A stretch of DNA of 62,289 nt, filler included, from 4 parts of 4 records of this genome joined end to end with filler, not necessarily neighbours in it; one strand, 5' to 3'. Shown: positions 1 to 13,400, counted from the whole stretch's first letter. Notes: generated from the letters alone by a model not told the origin. Translations and numbers: made by a program.

Positions 1-211
1 CTCTTTGGCTGCCGTGGCAGAAGTGGAGGAAGACTCTTCTAGTTGCATTCCACGCGAACCCAATGAGGTCGATGGAGAATACTCTCGTTTAATGTTCCAA
101 GTGAGGCCAGCTCCTATTGGCCGTGCCTTGAGTGATATGGAGTCCGAGAGTGACTTTGGAGGGAGGAGTTTCGAGGCCCCTATAACGCTCCGGAGCACCA
201 CGAATCGCTAG
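1..211 (+). CDS. 3' end of a truncated gene, unknown product
   Basis: Reading frame open from the window edge to TAG at 209-211; convergent with the next gene across a 36-bp gap, the same tail-to-tail pattern seen elsewhere on this contig. Confidence 0.5.
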   Translation, partial: SLAAVAEVEEDSSSCIPREPNEVDGEYSRLMFQVRPAPIGRALSDMESESDFGGRSFEAPITLRSTTNR

Positions 212-247
212 GACAAAATTTTGTCAAGATATAAACCATGCGCAATA

Positions 248-3133
248 TCACAGGCCCTTCATGAATTCAGACTTATGATTCCCTCTGTGCTGCTGTTTCG
301 TGGTGCTCTTGTTAGTCATCTCAATCCTCGCATCAGTGCTCCTAGCGGCTCGCCTATTATTCGGTTTTTTGTTGGCCATTTCAACCATTAGCTTGGGCTC
401 TGGGCTGCTCCGTGCAGAGACTGGTATGTTTGTGTTGCTTGTACTCATCAGCTCGGCTAGGCCAGTTTGTAGACGCTGGAAGAACGATAATGCATATGCC
501 CAATGCTTCAATCCACCGACCATCACAATTTGTTTTGTGGCCTTCGACATGATTGGATAAAGATCCTGCAAACACGTCATCCTAACTCCGGGAGTATCTC
601 CAGGCAAGTATACCACCGCAGTCTCAGCAGTATGGATGCGGGACCGACCGTCTGACAAGGACAGAGAGATGAACGGGAGAATGTCCTTGTCCAGCATTGG
701 GTAGTCGGGCTTGGTCGGCCCCTCTCTAACCTGGAAATTTACACCCTCTTCCCAGGTATCCACTTCAACAGGACCTTGGAACATCTTTAGAATCTCCACG
801 AGACGTCCCTTGCCCCAGGCCAAACGGCCCGGCCTGATATACCTTCGCCGGCCCTTGGCACCTTGTGCCTTACTCTTAATAGCCATCCATTCATCACAAG
901 GAATGTCATGCACAAATACGTGGTAGCTCCAAGGATCTCGGCCCTCCAATGATTCTAGAACCTCCTCAAAGTTAGCACCATACACTAGAGCAGGAGAGTC
1001 TTGCACAGGATTGAATCGAACAAATTCCTCCAGTTGCTTTGCCTGCTCTGCGAGTGACCTTGACAATGGAGCTTCGAAGAGCCGTAAGTCTTTGCACGCT
1101 TCAACAACTGGAATAGACGCAAATTTGAATTCCTCATTCTCGATGGAGCGCATCAGGCGGAAGTTTGGCATGATGTAGGAAGCCGGCTTACATAAATCCG
1201 AAAACCATTGATTCTGTCGAGTTGGCGTTGCGAAGGCATCACCAAGGAAATATATGGCCGAGACATTGACTTCAGCAATGAGCTTTTGGATTGCTCTGTT
1301 GACATCGGGTAGAGTCAATTCAGAACAACTTCGGAAGTATGCAACACTGCACCCCAAAAAAGTAGTAGCCGCCTTCTTCGTGAACGATGACGGGCTTTCG
1401 AACTTCATATTCATTCTTGTTTCCACTTGTTTGCTACGCTCTATTAATCGTTCAGGCATTATCATGACCAATTTCTCATTCTTATGGAGTCTATTCACAT
1501 AGCGTAGTGGCGCCCTCTGATCATCCCATAGCCTCGCATCCATTACACAGAAATCTACTGAAGGGTTCATCTTGACCAAGCGCTGGAACTTCACTTCATT
1601 CTCCAAGATGAAACTCAGCCCCACACGGTCATGATTGATATCGACGAGCAGGGGATTGCCCAGCAGTGCGCATGATGTTTTCAACGTGTTTGCCCCAGAG
1701 TCCAATCCCAATTCCTGGAGTGCATGGGTACCCATGCAGGTGTGCCCGTGTTCCTCATGCCTCTGTCTAAGCACATTAACAAGTTTTACGGCGCATATTT
1801 GTCCGGCAGCATCAAACATGCGAGAATGTCCCGTTTGGCCTTGAAGGATCTCAACCGCTTCTTGGAAAACATCGAAGAAACCCTCTTCTTGTAACATTTC
1901 TGTGCGCAGCCCAAGGGTTTGGGCATCGATTCCGACCTTCTCCATAATGAATGGACTTCCCACAATGCACGGGTATTCATATATGAATTCGAAAAATCTT
2001 TTGATATGCTCCTGGAAAACTGACTTTCGTGACGCCTTGATGTCACCATACTTGCTCTGGAGGAGACGCCTGATAAAGTTGTTGACAAGAATTTTTTCTT
2101 TGCTGAGGAACATGGAGTCACAAACATACGTCCTCAGAACTTTGAGGGCCTTGGGAGTTGTAGATGCATCTTCCAGTACTGTCTCTGTGATCTTATCCTT
2201 GCGAGTAAGCGGAACTACTGCGCCGTGTTCGGTGTCTCTAGTAAACATGTGCAATTCATCGAAGTGACCCGAAACCTGCATAACCCTTTTCAACTCCTCA
2301 AGTGTAGGAATGTTAACGGTGAACTTGTTCACGGATACCAGGCGCACCCTATTGTTTTTACGATGGACTAAGGTGACGTTGAACACTGCAAACGCACAAT
2401 ACATCGGAAGCATCTCTTCGTTAATAACGGTCCAAATAACTCCTCCATCATCTTCATCAAGACTTGTTATGAGAATATCATCAAAGTTACCTGCCATCTT
2501 ATCATAAGCGAGCCGCACTTGCATATTCACAATTCCGGATTCCATAGACTTCTTCTTGTCTGGCCCCGGATGATACATGGGGACACGGGAGAGATAGCTG
2601 CCCTCATCACGTAGTCTGCTAACCTCCTCCTGCACCATACTTGGATCTACCACGAAGCCAGACGCCGACTGCAAACATGCTAAGTCTTCCGTTGTCTCAA
2701 CTTCATTCTCCTGTTCATTCGCCTCCTCACTTGAGCCTACCCTCCTCGATTCAGCCTTCTTCGGATTTCGGCGCTGCCGAAGGGGTGCACCGGAACGCTG
2801 TTGCACTGCAGCCTGTCGAGGCCCACCAACTTCACTGCTTATCGACGCTCTCCCTCCTCCAAATACTGAGGGAGACCGCCCCCTTTCCACTCGGCTGGGG
2901 GACCTGTTTTTGGGGTTTGAGCTCTTAGTAACTGTGGACCTTCGCCGACCTTGTCTGGACTGATTGCTTGCTTGACTCTCCACACTGGGCGCATCACTCA
3001 GTTGATCCACTGACGGACTGCGGCTTCTGGGGGCACCATATTGGTACGACCCAGAGCGCTCTCGGGGTGCATGTCCTGACACCATGCTTCCCTCGGTAAG
3101 GCCCTCAACTCGAAACTCATCACCAAAACCCAT
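248..3133 (-). CDS. Degenerate RecD2/HELB-like SF1B helicase homologue (probable pseudo-helicase) with disordered Arg/Ser-rich N-terminus
   Basis: 961-aa intronless ORF. RecD2-like segments occur in the expected order: IYEYPCIV..VGI, VLRQRHEEHGHTCM, IYFLGDAFATP..WFSDL (motif III-like), AVVYLP..DLYPIMSKATKQIVMVG (motif VI-like). No GxxGxGKT or DExSM is visible. CDS is secure; the family call is by eye. Confidence 0.6.
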   Translation of the reverse strand: MGFGDEFRVEGLTEGSMVSGHAPRERSGSYQYGAPRSRSPSVDQLSDAPSVESQASNQSRQGRRRSTVTKSSNPKNRSPSRVERGRSPSVFGGGRASISSEVGGPRQAAVQQRSGAPLRQRRNPKKAESRRVGSSEEANEQENEVETTEDLACLQSASGFVVDPSMVQEEVSRLRDEGSYLSRVPMYHPGPDKKKSMESGIVNMQVRLAYDKMAGNFDDILITSLDEDDGGVIWTVINEEMLPMYCAFAVFNVTLVHRKNNRVRLVSVNKFTVNIPTLEELKRVMQVSGHFDELHMFTRDTEHGAVVPLTRKDKITETVLEDASTTPKALKVLRTYVCDSMFLSKEKILVNNFIRRLLQSKYGDIKASRKSVFQEHIKRFFEFIYEYPCIVGSPFIMEKVGIDAQTLGLRTEMLQEEGFFDVFQEAVEILQGQTGHSRMFDAAGQICAVKLVNVLRQRHEEHGHTCMGTHALQELGLDSGANTLKTSCALLGNPLLVDINHDRVGLSFILENEVKFQRLVKMNPSVDFCVMDARLWDDQRAPLRYVNRLHKNEKLVMIMPERLIERSKQVETRMNMKFESPSSFTKKAATTFLGCSVAYFRSCSELTLPDVNRAIQKLIAEVNVSAIYFLGDAFATPTRQNQWFSDLCKPASYIMPNFRLMRSIENEEFKFASIPVVEACKDLRLFEAPLSRSLAEQAKQLEEFVRFNPVQDSPALVYGANFEEVLESLEGRDPWSYHVFVHDIPCDEWMAIKSKAQGAKGRRRYIRPGRLAWGKGRLVEILKMFQGPVEVDTWEEGVNFQVREGPTKPDYPMLDKDILPFISLSLSDGRSRIHTAETAVVYLPGDTPGVRMTCLQDLYPIMSKATKQIVMVGGLKHWAYALSFFQRLQTGLAELMSTSNTNIPVSARSSPEPKLMVEMANKKPNNRRAARSTDARIEMTNKSTTKQQHRGNHKSEFMKGL

Positions 3134-3379
3134 GCCTATCGGCAGGCCACACGACTAGATGGCATAGTATGGGCGGTTGTAAATGTAGTCGTTCCTCATC
3201 TTCTCAGTGTCAGTCGAGGGATAGAATGCACTTGGTCTCAATGCCCACAATTTGGGCCCAGCCAAGGAGGGCTTCCACGCCTATCGAGTAGCCGCTAACG
3301 AGCGTGGCCCTGACTCCGAACTTCATTGCTTGAACCCTCGAATCGGCAACGATCACACCTGGGCTATGCCATCCGACTC

Positions 3380-4045
3380 TGGAACGGAATGAAGCCGCCG
3401 GACCGAGTGGCAGCCCCGCTAGGCGCTCCGCCCGCTGAGTCCTCTGGCGAGGGGCCCGGACCGCACCGGCGGGCCAGCAACTGCGAGCCGGGTTTGGGAT
3501 GGTTCTGCGATGAGGGGACCGGACTGTGGATCGTATCAGCATTGTGGCTTACTGGTCTCCGTAAGGTCTCATCAATCAACGAAGGAAGTAGCAGTTCTGA
3601 TCCGGGTGAACTCCAGTATGGAATCTCGCTCGGGAGATTTCTTCAAAACCTAGGTGAATACAAAACACGACTACAAATGATAAGGGCTCGTAACAGTTAC
3701 ACCTGATCATCGCACGCACGGGTTCTACTTCGGCCGCCGGGCACGGGCGGACGGCGGCTGCGGTGAGAGTGCCCCGCTCGCAAGGGTCGGGCTGATCGTC
3801 CGCTTTGTGGTGGACCCGACGGCACTGACCCCGGCACACTGTGCCCCCGTAGCATGCCACGCGACAGGATTCCGACTGCGGTTGACGCTCCGCTCCGCCC
3901 TCCCTGCGACCCGGCCGCCGGGATGGATCCGCTCAGGCCAGGCAACGACTGTGCTACGGGGTCACCCTGCACTCTTTGCCCAAATGGCATGCCTGGTCAA
4001 CAATGTCAGTCCCGGTCGGCCGGGCCCTGCCCCATGGTGCGATCC
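3380..4045. promoter_or_regulatory. GC/CpG-rich non-coding island between divergent gene starts
   Basis: Abrupt rise in GC and CpG (CCGG, GGCCG, CGGGC runs) relative to flanking CDS; lies between the 5' ends at 3133 (-) and 4146 (+). Confidence 0.5.
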
Positions 4046-4145
4046 CATGCACATTCGGTACTGGCATATTTTCATGATATTATGCATGATATTTTGAATA
4101 AAAGCGTTGTGGTTCGAAACTTGTTGTGGTTGTGATAGACTCCAT

Positions 4146-7100
4146 ATGGTTGAAACCGAGGCCCCAGGCGTCTCGTCCAAACCAGAGAGCGATGACTCAT
4201 TCGACGCGGAGTTTCTTGACGTGTTGAACCGCATTCGGAACAACCCTGGCGAATTTGTTCCTGAGTTTGCTTCTGTCCTCCAAGAGAAGATTGAATTTGT
4301 GAAGAGTTCATTTAATAGCGAGGAAGGTTGGGATGATAGAAACATTGTACTGATATGTGCTACTGTTGGCGAGGAGCTAAAGTCACTCTCTCAACTGCCG
4401 TCTTTAGAGTTCACTCATCATTCCTATCTTAACCGAAAGAAGCAGCATGGGCCACGCAAGGCAATGTTTCGATCAGACTCTACTCTCGCTGAGGTATATG
4501 AGATCGGAGTAGGCGAGAAGGAGACTTCCAGGCCGGTTACTCCAATCCGCTCTCAGCCCGTAAGCACTGCCGGGTCTGTCCATCCGACCCCGGGACATTC
4601 CATTGTAGGATCGAGAATCCAGTCACGGAGGCCCAGTCACGGCGAAGAAGAAAAATACGAGTGTACGTATCACGATGTCCCGGGGGTCGAGGAGCCCCTT
4701 GTGGCAGCTGTTCTCATGATTGCAAACTATAATGATGAAACAAAAAGCAACAGAGGTGCTATTTTAGATGAAAACGCGACGGGCATTAGCATTATCACGG
4801 AGACCAGGCCCATTGAGCCTCCTTCCGAAGGTGATGAAGAACCGGCAGAAGAAAAAAAGAGAGTTCTTGTAGTCATGAGGCCGATGGGGACCGCCAACCA
4901 GATCATACCACCACTAGATCTTCAAAGAGTGGAGGAGAAATTGGCGGATAATGTGGATCGCCCAGCGACTTCACATAGTCACGGCGCTTCCAGATCAGCA
5001 CGGGAAGGTTCCAGCAAGCGGGTGTCAATGAGGGGGTCGTATGTGCGCCCCTTTACAGTCCGTGATATGAAACCAAACTTGACTCTGTTTGTCTCCGAGA
5101 CCGACATGGCCACCCGTATGGACAGTGTATTATACAATCGGCAACCGGTGGTAAGGATCTTGGGCGGTGATTACGGCATGTCTAATATATTTTTGCAGAC
5201 ACCGTCTCTACGACCATCCACCTCAGGGACTGAAATAGTTCAAAAGCCTTTCGATGTGTATGTCCTCAACGGGACAAGGTCTTATCCAACGTAAGTTTAG
5301 GCAAAGCTGCGGAGGCTGATGTCTTGCACAGGAAGTGCTCATGTTTGTACGTAGAATCTCTCCGCGGCCTTGTTCATCAACAACTAGGACTGAAAGGCAA
5401 CATCACCACTCCATATGGAAAAGAAATTCGGCAACGAGTACTGACCGAGTGCGTGCTGAAAGTAAGCCGCTGAGAGGGTCTGATGCAGCGTTGAGAAAGG
5501 CTGGTTTGGTGAAACGAGAAAGTATTGAGCACATGGCAGTGGTCCAGCGGAAACATATCTCTTACAACAAGAGCCTGGGTAACCCAGAATCTAGGAGACT
5601 TTTGCGCAGCCTTAGCTTGTCAAGGCAATTGACATCCATCAATAAGTCGACCTGCTTGGACCGAGCATTGCAACTCATAGCAGAGGGAAATTTTGGAGAC
5701 GCCATCCACAGTAAGTGCATGCATTTGTCTCGATATCCCAACTGAGGCTGGCCTAGGTCTATCTGCAGCAATTGAAATGGAAGACAAAAAGTCTTTAGCA
5801 TTGTACCTACGCGGATGCCTCTTTCAACAGATGGGTGAGTTCAATGCCCTTAATTCAGCGGAATCCTTTTTTGACCATGCAATAATAGGATTACAATACT
5901 TGGCAATATTCGATATAGATACATCCCTGGCTATGAATCCAAAACCTTCCGAAAGCCATGGTAACTCAATGATTAGAGAATTCCCATGTATTCTAATGGT
6001 GCCTTTAGTATATCTAAAACGGGCGGAAATTTTGAGTGAACTGGAAGACTGGCCAAAGGCAGTACGGGCATACGAAGATGTATGTGGCCTGATCGATTGC
6101 ATGAAATTCTAACACTAGTTCTCACAGCACATTAGAATAGAAGGTCTTACAAGCGAGAACATGGAAGGGTATGCCTATGCACTTATGATGAGTGGACGGT
6201 GCGAAGAGGCAAAGGAATTATACGATTCGATTCTGGTGGCCAACCCGGACAATCACTTGGCTCTGGTTCGCCGAGCATCGTGCTACATGAAGCTAGGCTA
6301 CGACGAACATGGTATTTGGCATGACTTCCCTGATTTGACCCAGAATAACACTTTCTGTTTGCACTATAGCCGAAGCAGATATTCAAGAAGCTGAGCGTCT
6401 TCGCCAAGAAGCTGCAAAAATAATGGAAGAGGAACCTCCGCCCCTGGACGAAGAGCTTGCACAGGTCGACAAGATACCGGATACGGCATTAGAGCCTGAA
6501 GAAGAGGAAGGCGAAAGGGAGTTCCCCACCATTGACGAGGTTTCAAAGTACAAGAATGAGAAGACGACAACGTATGAAACCTTTTTTTTTCATGTTGATG
6601 CAATCTTAAGGCCCTTTACAGGAATTTCGATGAAGCTACTCTTAAGTATTACGAAGAAATGCTGAAAGCCAGCCAAGACAAAATTGACAAGATGGTTGGA
6701 ACTCTTAAAAGAGAAGCCACCCAGGTCGACATGAATGCATATGAAATGGATCCCTCGATCAAGGAATTGATTGGTAGAAAGAATCCTATTATGAGTGTGT
6801 ATGATCCTGAAGAGGATATGAAGAATAGGCTGCAGAGGGCACTGTCCAAAGCCAAGATGGATGTCAAGATTAAGATGATGACCAAGAAGGCCGATGAGGA
6901 AAGGGAGAGACGCGAGATGGAAGAACGGAGGAAGAAGCTGGAAAAGACAAAGTACAGCAGATTCAAGGGTCGCAAGTCAGCGAGTAATCCCGACGAGGAA
7001 AGTGGGGCAGTAGGGGCATTCTTCAAAAACGTCAGAAAAAGGCAATCGAAAAACTGGTTCTTGCCAGGAACCGAGGAGACGACTACCGTATTCACATCTT

Positions 7101-7432
7101 CGGCGGATTCTAAGGATTCGGAAAACAGGACAGGCGTTCAACCCGGTCACGATGTGACCTCAGAGCTCAATCGTATTGCTTCTTCTGTCAACATGACACA
7201 GCTGCCCCGGATGGACACAAAGAAGACGTTGTTGACTTTGATGGAGAATAAGCCGGCCCGGCCAGACAAGGCCATTTCTTCCAAGGCAGCGCGTGAGTCA
7301 TATCATTCTGAATTGGATACGTTCAAGCAGTTCTCCAAGCAATACGAACAACAAAGGAAGTCTCGTGCGGAGTCGCCCGATAGGCCTCTCTCTAGGGTGT
7401 CGCAGAGGAGTGCGAGAACGCCCGTGCTTTGA
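4146..7432 (+). CDS. TPR-repeat protein with coiled-coil/low-complexity C-terminus, spliced (6 predicted introns)
   Basis: ORF fragments join in frame via GT-AG introns at about 5291-5331, 5462-5499, 5711-5756, 6080-6127, 6312-6369 and 6572-6621. The spliced product gives TPR helices, e.g. LIAEGNFGDAIHSLSAAIEMEDKKSLALYLRG and GRCEEAKELYDSILVANPDNHLALVRRASCYMKLG. Confidence 0.8.
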
Positions 7433-7489
7433 GGAAGATCCCAAATAAATCATCTGCACCAAGAGACAAGTGAATTTGTTTTAAGAAAA

Positions 7490-10400
7490 TTAGACTAGCT
7501 CAGACCCTTGAGATTTGTGCGAGCTCAAATGGCCTGCCTTAGATGTTGACGTCGGGGTCGGCATGCCGCCACTGCTTGAGCCTTGTTTAGCATCAACAGG
7601 AGGCGTGTACGTTGGCCCAAAGTAGTCATCGTCCAGCCCAATCTCATCGTCGCTCAGGATCCCATAATTCCCCGACTCTTTTTGGGACCCATCCAAAATA
7701 TCCATTTCCATCAACTGCTCCTCAAGGGATGTGGCAGTTTTCTTACTGCGCTTGTCAAGGATGAACTTCACAAACGGAGACCCGATCACCAGCCCAACAA
7801 TGAATACAATCAGCATGGTGTTCACCGATACTAAAATCACATTAGCAGCGTAGGACCTGAACCAGCCGATGTGGAAGCATGCGAGCAGGAATGCCACGGT
7901 ACAATTGAGCACATTCGCAAGCCTAGATGCAACATCCATACCATCTTCTGTTGGAGAGAGGAACGGCCTGTTGAACACTTGAAGCATGAAAAATGCGCCA
8001 ACACACGCCAGCGAGAAGGTGGTTTGGTATACAGAAACGCTGTTTGCTTCTAGGGTGTCTTCGGTGAGGTACATGGCAATCATGAGCAAGAAGAGCTTCT
8101 CTGCCATCTGTACAGTCTTGTAATAGCGGAACCTGTACTCGTACGCGACGTACAAATATGATTGGGCGCTATCATAGCGCCTAACAGCGGCAGCATAGAC
8201 CGCATCAAATTCGGCTTGCTTGTCTCGTAGAGCCTTCTTGCGTCCATCTTTGGGCCCTGCCCTAATTTTCGCAATATCCTTTTGAATAATTTTCAGGGCG
8301 CCAGTACCAATAAATATGCGCATCATATTCTTACGAACGAGGATGGTAAAGAAAATGGGTATCCCAAATATGTAAAGTACGATGAAAGGTATGGCAGCAA
8401 TCATTAATGGGTGCATGTCCAAGATCGAAGTTGGATAATCGTGTTCCGGTAAAACAGCCATCCGTCTCTTGCCATCAGCGCTGTAAGTGACATCAAAGCA
8501 CGCCACAATGATCCGTGTAATAGGCAAGTACAGCGTTGTCATCAAAAAAAGCGCTATCTTCTGCTTGAACTTGAGCACCTTGTACCAGAACATGGTTGAC
8601 CGCCTGTACTTGCGGAAAATGAGGGCTGCTACATACCGCCATACGAAAACGATGAGAATAAGCAACCAGAACGCACCGGTTGCGCCAAACACATAGCTGG
8701 ACGGCAACTTGTGATCCATCACCCTCTCGATGGACACTGGGAAATCCACTAGAAGGGATATGGCAGCACTGAATACTAACGCCAATATGAACATAAACCA
8801 CATCAAGAATTGAGTACGCCTCCAGTGAGTGACATAGCGGTACAGCCACACGTCACGATCCATTTTCACATAGTAAACAAAGAGAAGCACTGGAGGCAGG
8901 CACATGAAAAACCCAAATTTGGAGTAAACCCAAACATCACGACTGAACGTCGGGAACGTGAGCTTGATCGTGGGCCATGCCATATCCATATCAAAATTGA
9001 ACGGCATCGATACATTTCTCACCTTCTCCCAGAAGTCTGGCCACTCCACATCAAGCACGTTAATCATAGAAAAGATTTGGAAAAAGTTAATGAAAACCTC
9101 AAACTTGGTGAGCCACATCCCAGTATCAAGGCCTCCTGCCACCGCTCCCGCAGCTGCAGCAGCACCACCACTAGCGACAAACGCTGCAACACCGCCTGCG
9201 CCCACACCTGCAGCTCCGACACCAGCTGCTGCGGCACCAGCTATCACGAGGTTGCGGCCTCGGTGGGACTTAGACCGCCTATGAGCATCCGGGGTCTGTT
9301 CTTGGAGATCTCTCAACACACGATCTCCAGTGAAGGGAACCTTGTGTCGAACTAAGTCACACCCATCCAGCTTTCGCACAAGCTTTTCAGCATTGTACTT
9401 TTCCTCGTCGTTGATGTCAATATGATCCAGCAGAGTCAAGCCCCGGATATTGTGAATAAATAAGTAACGATAGTTAGGGTTAGCATCCCATGGGTTCTCG
9501 TTGGCCACAATAGTGCTGACCGGAAGCATTGCCAGGGCCTGCACACAGTGCATAAGCCAGTCAGATCCCAGCGATTGACCGGAAAGGTTGCAGTCAACCA
9601 GCGCATTCGGGCTCACTCCTGCAAGTTCGTACAGGAAATCGGCAGCTCGCCACTGATCTTTTGTCAATGGGTGTGGGTTGTGAACACCATCGATCGTGCT
9701 AACAGCCCGAAGGCGATTAAACACACGCGGAGCATAATTCTTCGGCTTCGAGGTACCAGGGGCCGAATCCATCATGAAAAGTTCTCGCAGCTTGGCTAGC
9801 TTCTCGAGGTCATTCACCAAAACTTCAAGCGACTTGAAGTTGTTGTTCCGAATGTCCAGCGCATGCAGCTCCGGCAGCTCATGCAGACCTTGTACTCCAA
9901 GATCTTCGATGTCATTGTTGGACAAGTCAACATGAGTCAGCAGAGTGAACTTCTTCAGTCCAACAACAATGCTCAATTCATAATTCTTCAGTACTATCTT
10001 CTCAAGCGTTGCCTGAGACTCATGGTGGCCGAGGTCCCTCATGACTAGCTCAAACCTCAACACCTCCACCTCATCATCATTCAGTCTGCATTTCTTGGAA
10101 CTTGTAGCAGCCTTGATACGCTCATTCAATAAGACCACTTCTCCATTCAGAAGCTTCAGGGGCTGCTCTACAGATCCCACTGATGCCAACTTCCCCAAAA
10201 ATTTGTATCGGTTCGTGCTGGTATTCTTGGTGAACATTGGATTATTCTCAAGATAAATGGACTCGAGGACAGGCAAGTTGTCCACGATATCGACAAAAAC
10301 ATCTTCATCATCGATTCGGTTGTTCCGAACATCCAAAGCCTTCAGCATACGAAGAGACGCAACCCCTCCCTCCTTGAGCTGGGCTGCTGTGATTGAGTTG

Positions 10401-13400
10401 TTTGCAAGCGAGAGTTTTGTCAAAGACTCGAAAGCGGCGAGATCGAGGTGGCTCAGTTGAGCCTTGGAAAGGTTCAGCTCATCCACCTCGGAGTACGTCG
10501 CATCGCCAGGAAGACGGCGCTTCAGTGCAACCTTAAACTTGAAAATGTCCAAGTTATCAGAGCCGGTGCGGCCACCCTTAGCTTCCTTCTTCCATATTTC
10601 TAGCACATCCTCCAAGGCTATCTCCTCCTGGTCAAGGTATCGCAACTTGGCTGCCGGGTTTTGGAGGCGGGGTAGGAATTGAGTCAAGAACTGGCTCTTA
10701 AATTTCTCGTACTTCTTCTCTGTAGAGAACGGGTTCCCACGTAGTCCCACCGACACAAGCTCTGGCAACTTACTCAAGATGTTGTACACATCCTGGAAGG
10801 ATCTGAGATTGTTGTTGCGCAAATCAATGACTTCCAAATCGCCAAGTGTTTCTAACCCGCAGTCCTCGAGGGTGAGAAGTTTGTTGTCTTGAAGGAAAAG
10901 ACACCTAACTGCCTTGAACTGCCTAAGGTCAATTACACGCAAATCTGAGCCGGCAAGGTCAATCTTCGTAAGCCGCTCGGGACGATTCGTCTCCGGAATC
11001 CTGGAAGCGGCTGTAATTTGGAATCGGAACATGTCCAAGGCCGCCGTGTCTGTGCTGTACTTCTCCTTGGCAGCCACACGCTCATCAATACTCAGCGGGG
11101 AATCGACCACCCGAAGGGGGCATTGTACATCCGTCACACCCTTCAGGAGAGCTACGAGCTTCGTGCGCGCATTCTTCTCGTTCATGAAGGGATTTGGCGT
11201 CAGTCCAACTACCTGAAGCAGATGCAAGCGGTTGATCATATCAGCGACTTCAGCCAAAGGGCAGCGGAAGCGGTTCTGGGATATATCGAGGCGCACTAAA
11301 TCCGCCATGTCATTGATTCCCAGGGAAGAAAGAGCAGTGAGACCGTTATTGCTCAAGTCAAGAACTCGCAGGTTCTTGAATGCAGAGACGTTGAAGAGAG
11401 AAGTTGACGCCAGCCCCAAGTTGTGTAAGTCTAGCTCCTGAATAGCGGCAGGAGAATACTGCTCGCCAACCGGCAGCATACGCGGTGTATAAACCCGGGC
11501 TTCCGGCTTAGTGCAGGCAACAAGCAACGCCATGTCCTTTCTCATGTTCTCCGCTTCCTCAAGGGTCATCCTGTCCCGCTTCTTGTACAGGGCAATGCGT
11601 TCATCAATGGTAACAGCCTTCCCTTCCAGCACAGACAGCCTTGGTAGTACATGGACAAGCTTTTCCAACAAGTTCTTCCTAAACGATATCAATTTCTTTT
11701 CACTAGCCGTATCCGACGGGCGCATTGCAAAGTCGCAGAGTGACGGCACCTCCATTATCTGAGACAAGACATTATCTCGATCAAGTTTGCGATTCTCAGC
11801 CAAATCCAAAACTCGGAGGCGAGCCAAGGTTGAGAGCCCCGTGATATTTGTGAGTTCATTCTCGCGAAGGTCCACAACTTCAAGGTATGGAAGCGACGCT
11901 ACTTCCACCACCGTCAGGCTACGCCCGTTTAGCTTCAGCACAGTCACCGACTGTAGCGCCGCGCGACTCTGGGACATTGAAGTCATACGGACCAGGTGGT
12001 GCCCATAATATTGAATCAGGTTGTAAGTCCACCTCATATAATCCACCTCGGCACTCTTCATCTTGCCAATGAGCCGCAGCGCGGCAAGCCGTTCCTCTAT
12101 CACAACAGGTACGTTATCGATCTTCACCAATCCTTGCGAGCGGTTCAGTCCGCGCAGATTCCTGGTTGCATAGATCACCTTGAGGCGGTACTCGTTCACC
12201 AAATTCCCCTCAAGAGTCAGATCGCGCAAGCACGGCACCAACTGAATCGCGGGAAGGCAGTGATCCAGCTTCGCAATCTTGTTGTTGGCAAGGTGGAGGC
12301 TCCACAGATTGTCACACTGCTCTAGTCCAGACTCCATAACACTCGGAATGTCATTGTCAGAAACATCGAGCTGACACAAATTTACAAGTTCTCCAACTTG
12401 AATGGACATCAGGCCGCACCCCTTCAAATTGAGGGTTTGGATTCGAGCGGGTTCCCACTGAGTCATGCGCAAAACTTCAGGGTGGTGGGAAAGAGTGAAA
12501 TCCCACGTGCGCCACGGCAGCGTGCTCTTGGCTGCCTTGCTTCCAGTTTCATCTACGGCGATGCGCCTATCCTGGTTCGACAGCACCCGCCCATTCAATA
12601 TATTGAGGTTCTGGAAGCGAGCAAGAAGTGGAAGATGCCAATCCTTCTTTTTCTCACACAATGGGTTTCCACGCACATCAATGCGTTGCAGAATTGAAGA
12701 TGGCTGCAGGCTCTTGGCCAGAGAGCTAGCACTCGATATCTTATTGCTCTCAAGGCTGATATAGCACAGATTTGGGAGTGCCAGGCCCTTCAGTTCCGAA
12801 AGGCCAATATTGTCAAGGCGCAAGACCTCCACATTAGGAAACTTTGATAGTTGCTTGCCAAGCCCCTTCAAGAGTTTGTTCGGCAACACAATATCCTGGA
12901 TAGCAATGTATCGAACCTTTCTGGTCGGTTTCGTATTCTTGAACTCTTCAAAGCCCTCGATGCACTCTGCTCGATCAAGGTCTTTCCTAGCAGGAATCAA
13001 GCCCAGCCTAAAACGAGCTAATGTTGTTCTCATAAAAGGAATGCTGCGTCTAAGCCTATCACGGTCCTCGACTGAAAATTCCACGGGCTCCAATCCTGGA
13101 ATCTGGTCGAGAAGAGGGTCCTCGGCTGCAGGGTTTACAGCCAAGTCGCCACGGGGAACCTTCTGTTTATCTCCGGCCTTTGATTTCTTGGACAAAAATT
13201 TGACCAACTCCTCAATGGGATTCTCTACATCCGCACGACTGAGGGTCCTGAACTTTGCATCCTCACTATTCTCACCCTCTTGAGAAAATTTCATCTCGTG
13301 CGTGGCCAGGCGTTGCGTTGCCATGACCAGACGAGCAGCAGCTCTAAATCTCATGATAGGAGTTATAGGAGTTCGGGGCGCAGTTGGGGTGCTAGAATTG

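Noticed and set aside
3210..4135. Several short overlapping ORFs between the helicase-like and TPR genes
   Set aside because: Pro/Arg/Gly/Ala-rich translations in all frames, as expected from GC-rich DNA; no recognisable motifs
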